This document shows positions 30,405 through 39,922 of a stretch of 64,000 bases of DNA, in pieces. The position numbers were made by a program, and so were the translations under genes. Source of the stretch: a virus (taxonomy: Duplodnaviria > Caudoviricetes); IMG/VR virus record IMGVR_UViG_2724679462_000002, positions 64,001 through 128,000 of that record, one strand, 5' to 3'. The number at the start of each line of letters is the position of its first letter. The first letter of the stretch is position 1. The notes beneath the pieces were generated by a model. It was not told the DNA's origin. It made no database searches and saw only the letters and a list, made by a program, of their open reading frames with translations.

Positions 30405-32096
30405 ATGGCTGACGCAGTCAATCTGCCGACCGGCACCGACGGGGGCGTCCCGATCTACAACCCAAATGGGCTGTGGCAGATCTGGGCGCTTCAGTCCGTC
30501 TTTCAGGGCCAGTCCGGCAGTAACATGTACATCCCGAAGGTCAACGACTACGTCTGCGACTACACCACGAACGACTGGTATCGGGTGGCGGTGGTCGATC
30601 CGGTGACCTACATCCCGACCCTGGTCGCGCTCACCACGGCGCCCAATGCCGTGATGACCTCCGGCGATCTGCTTCAGGGTGTGGGGCCGGGCACACAGGC
30701 CGATACTTACCGCGTCTATCTGGATACGAGCGTGATCCCGTACTCGCTCGCGGTCGACGCGCGTCTGTGGTTCCCGGGCGACGAAGCAGCGTTTGTGAAG
30801 ATCTTCACAGGCGCGGACTTCTCGAACAACAACAACTGCATCTCGGCGAATTACGATCAGTCCGGCAAGTTGCTCAATCAGGCGATTCCGACCACGCCGA
30901 AGACCGTCACGTTCCCGGACGGCTCGTCTGGCACGGTGATGACGGTCCCTGTCTGCTACACCAACGTGCAAGTCGCTGATGGCACGCCGGTGACGGCCGT
31001 GGCGTACTCGAGCTCGGGCATGGTCGTCTCGAAGCGACAGCTGCTGGTCGAAAACACCTCGTTCATCCGTCTGGCGGATACGGGCGTGAAGTATGTGACG
31101 GGCATCCAGCTGCTCTCGCCGTTCCTCTCGACGTCTGATCCGACGCTCATCCAGTTCCCGGTCAACGTGCTGCTCTCGGGCCTGAACCTCATGGGTGTGG
31201 TGCAGTACAGCGACGGCTCGTCGGCAACGCTGCCGGTGGATGGCACGAAGTTCCAGATCTTCGGTTTCGACAGCTTCGTTTCGACGGTCGTGGGCGAGAA
31301 GTTCGACCTGGTGCTCAAGTACAACCTGTCTTCGGACGAGGCGGTCTATGGCGCGAACTCGGTCAACAACGCCAAGTTCATCACGTCCAAGTACAGCGCT
31401 GTCACGATCAACGAAGACGGCGACTACACGCTGAAGCTCTTCGCGTTCCCGGTGTGGATCGACGCGGTGAGCGGCTACCGCCTGCAGTGGTACCTGTACG
31501 AACTCGATCGCAGCAACTGGTGGAATGTCACGAGTCTGGTTACCTTCTCGCCGGCCTCGCCCGCATTCCAACCGCTGGGCTACGGTATCCAGCAGAACAT
31601 CGAAGGTCAGGTTCAGCTGAACAAGGTCGATCCGGGCTTCACGAACTACCTGTTCACGGCGACCGTAGCGATCACGCTTCTGGCACCGGGCACACAGTCG
31701 TCGCCGTGGGAAGTCCAGTTCGAGCCGGGTCAGCAACCGCCGTTCGGTCCGGGCAACTTCGCCGCGACCACGATGTTGGCGGCGAACAACTACACCCTCA
31801 ACCTGACCAGCGGTTACGCGTCCCAGGCGGATTGGCTGCAAGCGTTTTACTACAACGCGCTGCCATTGACCGATCTCGCCCAGGAAGCAAGCGTGCCGGT
31901 GCCGACGCACTTTGCGATTCAGATGCCCGACGGCAGCTCGCCGATCGTCTGTCTGCTCTCGCAGTGGAACTCGACGCAGACCTCCACGACGCCGATCGCC
32001 GATCGCAGCACGTTGTTCATCACGTTCTTCCTGCGCACCAGCACAAACGACCTTCAGCTCTCCATCGCGGGTATCCCCGTTCAACAGACCAACTGA
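30405..32096 (+). CDS. Virion structural/baseplate protein (phiKZ gp26-like position)
   Basis: 563 aa, beta-rich, GGAG RBS, immediately upstream of the terminase. Confidence 0.75.
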   Translation: MADAVNLPTGTDGGVPIYNPNGLWQIWALQSVFQGQSGSNMYIPKVNDYVCDYTTNDWYRVAVVDPVTYIPTLVALTTAPNAVMTSGDLLQGVGPGTQADTYRVYLDTSVIPYSLAVDARLWFPGDEAAFVKIFTGADFSNNNNCISANYDQSGKLLNQAIPTTPKTVTFPDGSSGTVMTVPVCYTNVQVADGTPVTAVAYSSSGMVVSKRQLLVENTSFIRLADTGVKYVTGIQLLSPFLSTSDPTLIQFPVNVLLSGLNLMGVVQYSDGSSATLPVDGTKFQIFGFDSFVSTVVGEKFDLVLKYNLSSDEAVYGANSVNNAKFITSKYSAVTINEDGDYTLKLFAFPVWIDAVSGYRLQWYLYELDRSNWWNVTSLVTFSPASPAFQPLGYGIQQNIEGQVQLNKVDPGFTNYLFTATVAITLLAPGTQSSPWEVQFEPGQQPPFGPGNFAATTMLAANNYTLNLTSGYASQADWLQAFYYNALPLTDLAQEASVPVPTHFAIQMPDGSSPIVCLLSQWNSTQTSTTPIADRSTLFITFFLRTSTNDLQLSIAGIPVQQTN

Positions 32097-32176
32097 TCAA
32101 TCTGTCGTCTGTCCCGCCTTCCCCCGCTGGGGAGGACGGGGTGGACGGCGTGTTGTTTGGTTCATTGAGAAAGAAA

Positions 32177-34423
32177 ATGATTCTGTTCCTTGAAGATTGG
32201 TATCGCTATCCGAACGCCATCATCGATACCAAGACGAGCAATCAAAGCTACGTCCGTCTCGCCTCGGTTTATCGAAAAATGGGCGTGAAGAACAACGCCT
32301 TCTGTCTGGCACTCATCAATCCTGCGCTCCAGGGTCTCGACCCGTTCGCGCCCGATCTTACGATCGAGGAAATGGCCGCGGTCGCTGTTGAAGTCAAGAA
32401 CAACCCGTGGTACTTCATGCGCGAAATCGCGCGCGTCCCGCCGATCGGTGGCGGTGGTTCGACACCGTTCGAAGGCAACCGGGGCAACGTAGCGCTGTTC
32501 TGGTGCTTCTTCAACCACGTCATGACGTTCCTGATTCAGATCCGTCAGACGGGTAAGTCGCTCTCGACCGACTTGTTGATGACGCTGCTGATGAATTTCC
32601 GCTGCGAGAACACGGAAATCAACTTGTTGACAAAGGACGAAACCCTCCGCAAGACCAACATCGACCGACTGAAGAAGTGCATTGACGAGCTGCCGCCGTA
32701 TCTGATCCAGCGTAACCCGAAGGTTGATACGAACAACACCGAGGCGATCACGATCAACTCGATGGGCAACATCTACAAGACGCACGTGCCGCAGGCGTCT
32801 GAGAAAGGCGCCTACAAGCTGGGTCGCGGCCTCACCTCGCCGATCATGCACATCGACGAATCGCCCTTCCAGCCTAACGTCCAGATTGCAGTCGGTTCGG
32901 CACTGGCTGCAACCGGTGCGGCAGTCGATAAGGTCAAGGCCAATGGTGGCGACTACGGGACCATCTTCACCACGACGGCTGGGAAGATCGACGATAAGGA
33001 CGGTGCTTTCATTTACGGATTGCTTCAAGCGGCTGCGATTTGGACGGAGAAGTTCTACGACGCGAAGAACCAGCAAGAGCTGGAGGACATGGTTCGTAAA
33101 GCATCGCGTGGCGAGAGGGGTGGCGTCTATCGGGTGAATATCACGCTGAATCACCGCCAGTTGGGCAAGACCGATGAATGGCTGCGTGAAAAGCTCGAAG
33201 CGTCGACCGCGAGCGGGGATGACGCGAACCGAGACTACTTCAACATGTGGACGGCGGGCTCGCTGACCAACCCGCTGCCGATCGCGATCCTCAAGGCGAT
33301 CACAAACAGCGTGCAGGATGTGAAGCACACGGAGATCAGCCCGCAAGGCTACGTCACCCGCTGGTACATCGAGGAAGAAGAGATCGAGCAACGGATGGCC
33401 GAGGGTCGCTTTGTGATGGGTATGGACACCTCCGAAGCTTCGGGCGGTGACGACATCTCGCTCTACCTCCAGGACATCGAGACGTTGGAAACGATCGCGG
33501 CCGGAACGTACAACGAAACCAACCTCATCACCTTCTGCGAATGGCTGTGCAGCTGGTTCGCCCGCTTCTCGACCTTCACGGCGAACATTGAGCGCCGCAG
33601 TACGGGCGCGACCGTGCTCGACTACTTGTTGCTGATGTTGCCCGCGATGGGAATCGATCCGTTCGAACGTCTCTTCAACAAGGTGGTGCAGGACTACGAC
33701 GAGATGCCGGACCGCTTCAAGGAGATCCAGGTTCCGATGGGTCGTCGCCCCGCGGACATCTACGTGCGGTACAAGAAGATGTTCGGCTTCACAACTTCGG
33801 GCGGCATGGGTGCAACGTCACGCGCCCTGCTCTACTCCGAATCGCTTCAACTCGCAGCGAAACGCGGCTGCACTGTCGTCCACGATAAGACGCTGATTGA
33901 GCAGATTACCTCGCTGGTGTCGAAGAACGGTCGTATCGATCACCCGGCAGGCGGGCACGACGACATGGTCATCGGCTGGCTGCTGAGCAACTGGCTGCTG
34001 ACGAAAGGCAAGATGCTTTCGTTCTACGGCATTGACCAGCGTCGTATCGGTGCAGCGTTGGGCGGCGCAACCGAGGAACAGGTCATCGATCGTCAGACGC
34101 GTCAAGAGCAACAGCAGATACGCGAGCAGATCGAGACCGTCTACGAGCAACTGTCGAAGGAGTCGAACGAGTGGATCTCGCAGCGTCTCGAACATCAGCT
34201 CCGTATGCTCGACCGCAAGTTGGTGTTGGAACAGGGCGAGATCTTCAGTTTGGATACGCTCCTCAACAACGCTCGCGAGAAGAAGCGCGAGCGCATGCGA
34301 GAAGGTGCGTCGAACAGGCGGAACATGCCGCAGTCCTATAACAACATGCACGGGCATTTCAGCGATCGACCACCCACCATGTCGATGAATGCGTACGAGC
34401 GGAGATTCCTCCGGGCGGCATAA
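32177..34423 (+). CDS. terL: Terminase large subunit
   Basis: 748 aa from MILFLEDW; NPWYFMRE, Walker A RQTGKS, Walker B MHIDE, TTTAG coupling motif, nuclease MGMDTS and GHDDMV. Confidence 0.92.
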   Translation: MILFLEDWYRYPNAIIDTKTSNQSYVRLASVYRKMGVKNNAFCLALINPALQGLDPFAPDLTIEEMAAVAVEVKNNPWYFMREIARVPPIGGGGSTPFEGNRGNVALFWCFFNHVMTFLIQIRQTGKSLSTDLLMTLLMNFRCENTEINLLTKDETLRKTNIDRLKKCIDELPPYLIQRNPKVDTNNTEAITINSMGNIYKTHVPQASEKGAYKLGRGLTSPIMHIDESPFQPNVQIAVGSALAATGAAVDKVKANGGDYGTIFTTTAGKIDDKDGAFIYGLLQAAAIWTEKFYDAKNQQELEDMVRKASRGERGGVYRVNITLNHRQLGKTDEWLREKLEASTASGDDANRDYFNMWTAGSLTNPLPIAILKAITNSVQDVKHTEISPQGYVTRWYIEEEEIEQRMAEGRFVMGMDTSEASGGDDISLYLQDIETLETIAAGTYNETNLITFCEWLCSWFARFSTFTANIERRSTGATVLDYLLLMLPAMGIDPFERLFNKVVQDYDEMPDRFKEIQVPMGRRPADIYVRYKKMFGFTTSGGMGATSRALLYSESLQLAAKRGCTVVHDKTLIEQITSLVSKNGRIDHPAGGHDDMVIGWLLSNWLLTKGKMLSFYGIDQRRIGAALGGATEEQVIDRQTRQEQQQIREQIETVYEQLSKESNEWISQRLEHQLRMLDRKLVLEQGEIFSLDTLLNNAREKKRERMREGASNRRNMPQSYNNMHGHFSDRPPTMSMNAYERRFLRAA

Positions 34424-34426
34424 AGG

Positions 34427-34466
34427 CATAATTGCCAGAGCGGATCAATCCGCTCTGGCAATTATG
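34427..34466. terminator. Perfect 18-bp hairpin with CATAA/TTATG arms
   Basis: cataattgccagagcgga-tcaa-tccgctctggcaattatg. Confidence 0.8.
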
Positions 34467-34534
34467 ATGTTTTGCCGTCTATACTCGTGATTGATTCGTG
34501 GACGTTCTTGAATACCTACGCAAGAGGTGAAGAG

Positions 34535-35563
34535 ATGGCTGTCCTAGAAATGACTCGAGATCCGGAATGGTTGTTAATGTCCTCTGAGGAAAAGATGGAG
34601 GCCAGTCTTTCAGAGGCGCTTCAGTTTTTTTACACAATCGACGAGCTGCCCATTACAACTCCAAAAGTTAAAAATTATTTAGTTTTCTTATCGGATTCGC
34701 CAATCGAGGAGCCGTCCGACTACGAGTATGGAATCGCTTGCGTACTAGCACTCCACTTTCCGAACTTTCTACTTCGCGGAATTAGCTCAAATTCAGATCG
34801 CGAGAGGTTGGCCGAAATACGAGAAAGAATCCTTTATCCCTTCTTAGAACACCTGTACGACGCGGAGGCAATTACCAGCACGCTTGCTGAATACGTAGGT
34901 GCCAATTTCGGAGACGTAAGAGCTCAAATTGGAGTTACGCAATTCAGTTACGACTCGTTAAGCGCACTGGTGAAGGGGATATTTGAAGACACCAATTTTA
35001 AAATTTTTAGGGCCTCGCTACAAGCAGCAATGGCCTTGAAGCCGGAAAGCAATAAACATGAGCGAGATTTCGGTGGTCTAGAGGAAATTCTTCTCGAGCG
35101 AATTGGGAACCGTGCTGAAGGTTCCCAGAATTATCCGGAATACCTCGGAAAGTTGAGACGCGCCGAATACCTCGTCGAACGAAGTTATTCCAATCTAACA
35201 TTGCGGATGGCTTTACATTTTCGTGGACACGAAGGTTTTTCCGGCGCCGTGTTAGGAGGGCTCGGATTGCTCCTTCTTATCTTGAACCAAATAACCGGAG
35301 CGTCTTTTGGTCTTATCCCGAGCGCTTACGCTCAATCCGGTGCTCCGCCAAATAAAGTCGGCTTTACGCCGCCCTTAGGTATTCCTCCATCGTTTTGGGT
35401 TTGGATGGTCGTAGGCTTCTACGCGTTTCTGCTTTCGGTTCTGATTGTCTTTTTGTGGAAGGGCTATCTGGCAACACCGAAAAGCGAGAAAGCAGCAAGC
35501 TTCATCGATCGGTTCGGGACGCTTGCACTCGGCGTCTTTCTAGGCAAAGTAACTGGAGCATGA
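34535..35563 (+). CDS. Horizontally acquired membrane protein (soluble N-domain + ~3 C-terminal hydrophobic segments)
   Basis: GAGGTG RBS; visibly AT-richer codon usage than its neighbours; hydrophobic helices near the C-terminus. Confidence 0.7.
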   Translation: MAVLEMTRDPEWLLMSSEEKMEASLSEALQFFYTIDELPITTPKVKNYLVFLSDSPIEEPSDYEYGIACVLALHFPNFLLRGISSNSDRERLAEIRERILYPFLEHLYDAEAITSTLAEYVGANFGDVRAQIGVTQFSYDSLSALVKGIFEDTNFKIFRASLQAAMALKPESNKHERDFGGLEEILLERIGNRAEGSQNYPEYLGKLRRAEYLVERSYSNLTLRMALHFRGHEGFSGAVLGGLGLLLLILNQITGASFGLIPSAYAQSGAPPNKVGFTPPLGIPPSFWVWMVVGFYAFLLSVLIVFLWKGYLATPKSEKAASFIDRFGTLALGVFLGKVTGA

Positions 35564-35566
35564 AGG

Positions 35567-35609
35567 GCATAAGGGCCAGCGCGGAGTAATCCGCCCTGTC
35601 CTCTATGAC
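35567..35609. terminator. Imperfect bidirectional hairpin with CATA/TATG arms
   Basis: gcataagggccagcgcgga-gtaa-tccgccctgtcctctatgac between convergent genes. Confidence 0.6.
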
Positions 35610-35610
35610 A

Positions 35611-36033
35611 TTACCGATCGAAGATCAGTCCGCTCGTGCTGCGCCGATCAAGTCGGCTGATGAGCACGTCAAGGTAGGCTTCAATCGCCCCCTGCTTCTG
35701 TATAATCTCGTTTGCCCACGTGTACGGACGCGGAATATCCGCGGTGAAGTTTCCCGCAATCATCCGAAGACGCTCTGGGGCCTCGGGTGGCACCAGCGTA
35801 TAGACGTGGTAGCTCGCCATCAGGCGCGACGGCATATAGAAGCGCTCATACCTGCGCTCGTAGTACGTCGCCTCGACACAGATGCTGAGATCGTATCCTT
35901 GTACCGTGTGAATGGAAAGGCTGCTCACCTCTCCCTTCGTTGACTCTTGCACCCAGCTCGGGCCCTGCAATCGTGCAATTCCCCGTTGCACCATTGCCCG
36001 GCCCCATTCCCAGAAATCAACTAGCAGTGCCAT
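35611..36033 (-). CDS. Hypothetical protein (140 aa)
   Basis: Follows 36068..37327 on the same strand and ends at the hairpin. Confidence 0.6.
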   Translation of the reverse strand: MALLVDFWEWGRAMVQRGIARLQGPSWVQESTKGEVSSLSIHTVQGYDLSICVEATYYERRYERFYMPSRLMASYHVYTLVPPEAPERLRMIAGNFTADIPRPYTWANEIIQKQGAIEAYLDVLISRLDRRSTSGLIFDR

Positions 36034-36067
36034 AAGGGCGATCCTGAGAAGACAAAGAAAACAGCAC

Positions 36068-37327
36068 CTACTTGTTGGTGTAGTGCTGCATGGTCATCGT
36101 TCGAATGACCAGGTACAACAGGACCGACGTCCGGACCGATGCAATGACACTCTCATTGCGATTGCCCGTCGCCTGCTTCACGCACCACTCCGCTTTCTGT
36201 CGAAGGGAGAAGAGCGCAGGGTCGATACTGCGCGAGGACGTGTAGACGCCTTTCAGTCGCGCAAGCAGTGTCGGCAGATCCACATGGTTGCGCACCATCG
36301 TACGTTCTTCGGCCAGATAGTCGAAGCTGTGGATCAGCACCTCGTTTAGCAGCTCCTCGATCTTGCCGGCGCCCGACTGGCGATAGTTGTCCGAGAGCCA
36401 CGTGAGCGTCTCGCGGAAGAGTCGCGGCGGCGTCGTATGCATCAACTTCTCGATCACGCCCATCAGCTCTTCGCGCATGAATGAAGCTTTGTCCGTGATG
36501 AGCGAATGCAGGTACCGCGTGTAGGCAAGCAGGTTCTTGTTTCGGTCCTTCAAGAACACTTCGCCGTCGTACTCCATGAGCGAGGACGTGGACTGGATCT
36601 TGATGCCCTGGTGGTGGACCTGCAGGAACACGTCGTAGATATTCTTCAACATGTCCCGAATGCGACCCTGCGTGTCGTTGAGCAGGTAGATCACCTCCAG
36701 ATCGTTGTTCATCTTGGAGATCGCATTGAAGTGCAGGCCTTCGGGCGAGATCAGATCTTCTGTTCGCTGCTCGAGCACGCGGTTCCAGCTCCCGAGCTGC
36801 TTGATCGCGTACTTGCCGGAGAGCGCAGCATACGTCGCTTCGGCGGTGGCACGATCCGCCGGATACCGGAAGTGACGATAGAGACGCGAGGTCAGGAATT
36901 TGTACTGCAGCACGAGACCGACATCCACCATCGCGTCGTGCTTCTGCTGCGGATTCAGCTTGGGCGAGTTATACAGCGCATGCATGAGCCACGCGCACGA
37001 CAAGTTCATCGTGTCGCTCGACACATTGAACGTCGGATTTACCGTCGGCAAGGCGAGCAGACTTTCGGACAGACCATTCTGGTCCGCCTTCAAAATTTCA
37101 TCGAACCACTGATCGCGGTCCGCGTCGGTGAACCGCACCACTTCCACACCCAGCAGGTTGCCGCCGAAGAACTTGATGTGGTCTTCGTTCTTGTGCGCGA
37201 ACGAGGTTCTGTAGATCGCGAGCTTCTTCGCGAATGCGGCATCGAAAACCAGGCCACCGCAGGCCTCGGTGAAGACGCCCTGAATAGTCCCAGGCATGGT
37301 CGCTTCCTCAAGTATTGGCTCGGACAT
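36068..37327 (-). CDS. Conserved phiKZ-like virion protein (gp32-like)
   Basis: 419 aa (possible later start at MPGTIQ); KNEDHIKFFGGNLLGV and NDTQGRIRDMLKNIY conserved-looking blocks. Confidence 0.7.
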   Translation of the reverse strand: MSEPILEEATMPGTIQGVFTEACGGLVFDAAFAKKLAIYRTSFAHKNEDHIKFFGGNLLGVEVVRFTDADRDQWFDEILKADQNGLSESLLALPTVNPTFNVSSDTMNLSCAWLMHALYNSPKLNPQQKHDAMVDVGLVLQYKFLTSRLYRHFRYPADRATAEATYAALSGKYAIKQLGSWNRVLEQRTEDLISPEGLHFNAISKMNNDLEVIYLLNDTQGRIRDMLKNIYDVFLQVHHQGIKIQSTSSLMEYDGEVFLKDRNKNLLAYTRYLHSLITDKASFMREELMGVIEKLMHTTPPRLFRETLTWLSDNYRQSGAGKIEELLNEVLIHSFDYLAEERTMVRNHVDLPTLLARLKGVYTSSRSIDPALFSLRQKAEWCVKQATGNRNESVIASVRTSVLLYLVIRTMTMQHYTNK

Positions 37328-37483
37328 AAAGCGTCCGGATCACAAGATTGGCGCCGGCATAAAGCGCGGCAGGTCTCCCCGCCGCGCGACGCGATTACCA
37401 GAGCCACCACGGCGTCATCATCAGCTCCATCTGGGAGCGGACCATGATTGATTGCAGCATGTAAAACTGGACCGGGAAGACCA

Positions 37484-38038
37484 TCACGCACCCCGCTTCT
37501 TTGCGACCCACGCGGCAGCGAACGCCTCGAGGCTCGGATACACCTTCACGCCGTATGCTTCAGCGAGCGCTTCCAGCGCCTTGCCGAGATACTCGATACG
37601 TTCCGTCGGCACGCCGCTATCGTCGCCGTTGACGGAGGGATTGGTGGCATCCATCACGAGCACAAATTCCGCTTCGTCGAGGTCACGATCAGCGAGATCC
37701 TTGCTGACCTCGACGATGTTTTCCGGCTTCACGTCGCTCGCCGCGACACCGTACACCACGGTCGAATTGCCGTCAGACGGCGTCGCGGCGCCGGCCATCT
37801 CGACATCGTTCACGAGTTGTGCGATTGCCAGCGCGTCATTGGCTTGCGATTCCGTCGCCACACCGCCTTCCGGCGGATCGTTGGATGTGGGACGCGCGTA
37901 AGCCTGAGCGAGTGCTTGTGAGAAGACTTCCGAGAGCGGACCTTTCAGTTCCAGCATCTCTTTATCCGACGCGCCTTGCGCCGGGGTCTCTTGTTGGCCG
38001 ACGAATTCGCCTTCCAGCGCAGCTTTGAGCAGGGACAT
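37484..38038 (-). CDS. Acidic protein with several A/S-x-E motifs; candidate protease-processed head protein
   Basis: 184 aa, GGAGG RBS; AALE, ATES, ALE and SLE motifs match phiKZ gp175 specificity (S/A/G-x-E). Confidence 0.6.
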   Translation of the reverse strand: MSLLKAALEGEFVGQQETPAQGASDKEMLELKGPLSEVFSQALAQAYARPTSNDPPEGGVATESQANDALAIAQLVNDVEMAGAATPSDGNSTVVYGVAASDVKPENIVEVSKDLADRDLDEAEFVLVMDATNPSVNGDDSGVPTERIEYLGKALEALAEAYGVKVYPSLEAFAAAWVAKKRGA

Positions 38039-38635
38039 AGTTCCTCCGGGGATATTCGGACGAGCGCAGACCAACTGCACTCAAACACAGGATTAGCGTG
38101 CGCCGCCGCTCCGACCGCCGCCCCGCCGCGCCCCGGCCGCCCTTTTGGAGGTTTTGCTTTTTAGTCGTTATCCTTTCGTTGATTCTGTTCTCGTTGTTGT
38201 TCTGTGTTGTCTGTCTATGCCTTCTTTCGATGCAACATCTTAGAAACTAAAAGTTGGTCAAACTTGACTCATTGAGGCTTCCGCAGAGAAGCCTCTTAAA
38301 TACATACGACCGACGGAATAAAAAAATACCGTTCTATCTGCATTCTTTGCATCGAAAGTCACACACAACAACACCAAGAAAAAGTGACCTTCAATATATA
38401 AAAAATGAATGGGTTTGGGGGAGGGGGGCCGTCGATCCAAGGAGAGGGGACGAAGGTCCCCTCTCCTCTATCTATTGCAGGAAAAAACCCCGCTTTTTCT
38501 GGGGGGAGGGGGGCCGAAAGTCCGGCCGGCCGCAGGCTGGCTCTTATGCCGGTGTGCGGGGAAGAAATACTGAGAAACCGTAGGGTATGCGACATCAGCA
38601 CATTTCTAAACCACAGTAACAAGGACAACACCAAC

Positions 38636-39211
38636 ATGGCCACCAAGAGCATCACGAAGAAAGCAGACGTCACGAAGGCACCGGCAGTCAAGGCCGCAAT
38701 CGCTCCGGTGAAGGCACCTGCGAAGAAGGCTGCCGCAAAGTCGGTCAAGCCCACCGCTCCCGCGAAGGTCGCTGACGCAGCAACGGCCACGGCGCCGAAG
38801 GCGATCAATCCCAGCGTCGCGGTCAAGAAGCTGCCCGCTAAGGAAGCAGTCGTCGCAAAGCCCGCTGTAAAGAAGGCCGCCGCGACGAAGCCGGCTGCGA
38901 AGAAGTCGCTCGCCCAGAAGAAGGCTGAAGCGAACTCCGCGTTCAAGAACCTCGTCTCGAAGCCGGCCGAAACGTCGGCGGTCGCATCTGCGCCGTCGCT
39001 CGGCAAGGAACTCGGCCGGACATTGCGAGAACTGCGCAAGAAGGCCGGACTGACGCAATCGCAACTGGCCGCGAAAACCACGCTCAGCCCTTCTTCGATT
39101 TCCGAGGTTGAGCTCGGCCGCCAGTCACTGACGATCGATCGTCTGCACGAACTCCTGAACGCGCTGGGCTTCAACGTGAAGTTCGATTTGGTCCCGAAGA
39201 CCGGCTATTGA
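38636..39211 (+). CDS. Histone H1-like K/A/P-rich region fused to an XRE (HTH_3) DNA-binding domain
   Basis: 191 aa, AAGGA RBS; ~115 aa of KAPAKKAAAK-type repeats, then LRELRKKAGLTQSQLA..SSISEVELGR..TIDRL..L..ALG. Confidence 0.85.
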   Translation: MATKSITKKADVTKAPAVKAAIAPVKAPAKKAAAKSVKPTAPAKVADAATATAPKAINPSVAVKKLPAKEAVVAKPAVKKAAATKPAAKKSLAQKKAEANSAFKNLVSKPAETSAVASAPSLGKELGRTLRELRKKAGLTQSQLAAKTTLSPSSISEVELGRQSLTIDRLHELLNALGFNVKFDLVPKTGY

Positions 39212-39227
39212 ACGGACCGAACGAAAC

Positions 39228-39875
39228 ATGAAAAACGCACACAGCCTGCTGTTCCATGGCTACAGCTTCCCGCTGGAAGATCGTCCGTTTCTGAAGGCGA
39301 TCGCCTACGACCACATGGGCGACAAAGCGGGACAGAAGTTCCTGGCGGAATGGCGCGAGACGCTACGCATCCTGTCGTCGCACCCGGGCTTCTCGGCGAC
39401 CTACGGTGTGCACGTGTTGCCGAACGAGAACGGTGGCCTGCTTCCCGAGGTCCACGAGCACGTCGCGCTGCTGGGCGATGAAGCCATGCCGTTCGCGACG
39501 CTGCACATGACGACCCAAGGTATCGGCGATCATGCGTATTACCATAGCGTCTCCTACGCTATTCAGGAACTCGAGGCGGTCCTGAAAGCCATGAACAGCG
39601 CTGTCTTCGAAGGCGAGTACCAGCTGGGCACTGGCCAGAATGGGGAAAGGCGAACGCTCCAGTTCGCTACGCTCTTCTACGAACTGCGTCGCACCTTGCT
39701 TGCTCACTCCCATGCGGTTAAGGTCACCTGGACACCCGGGGTCAATGGCACCATCGATCTGTTCGTCGAGCCGAGCCTCCGCGACATATGTCCCCGTAGC
39801 GGTGTGGTCTTCACCTTCGTGTTGCCGGAGGAGTTCAACCGCGCCGTGCGGCAGATGAGCGAAGCTGCCGCGTAA
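39228..39875 (+). CDS. Hypothetical protein (215 aa)
   Basis: Co-oriented, 16 nt after the HTH gene; coding codon bias. Confidence 0.7.
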   Translation: MKNAHSLLFHGYSFPLEDRPFLKAIAYDHMGDKAGQKFLAEWRETLRILSSHPGFSATYGVHVLPNENGGLLPEVHEHVALLGDEAMPFATLHMTTQGIGDHAYYHSVSYAIQELEAVLKAMNSAVFEGEYQLGTGQNGERRTLQFATLFYELRRTLLAHSHAVKVTWTPGVNGTIDLFVEPSLRDICPRSGVVFTFVLPEEFNRAVRQMSEAAA

Positions 39876-39885
39876 TTGACTTAGC

Positions 39886-39922
39886 GTCATGAGGGCCCGG
39901 GATTTCCCGGGCCTCTATGCTG
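39886..39922. terminator. Bidirectional hairpin with CAT/TATG arms
   Basis: catgagggcccggga-tt-tcccgggcctctatg between convergent genes. Confidence 0.7.

Noticed and set aside
31454-32176. 989-aa ORF suggesting an N-terminally extended terminase or a frameshift fusion
   Set aside because: The extension overlaps the structural gene 30405..32096 in another frame and is R/G/A-rich shadow sequence; terminase-like sequence starts at ATG 32177.
16467-33391. Long antisense ORFs (e.g. 16467..18110, 24607..26604, 30402..32084, 29064..30287, 32162..33391)
   Set aside because: They mirror real genes with strong GC3 bias, have no RBS or motifs, and have R/V/D/H-rich shadow composition.
38405-38635. N-terminal extension of the histone-like HTH gene (268-aa call)
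   Set aside because: It runs through G-tract/hairpin intergenic DNA; the RBS supports ATG 38636.
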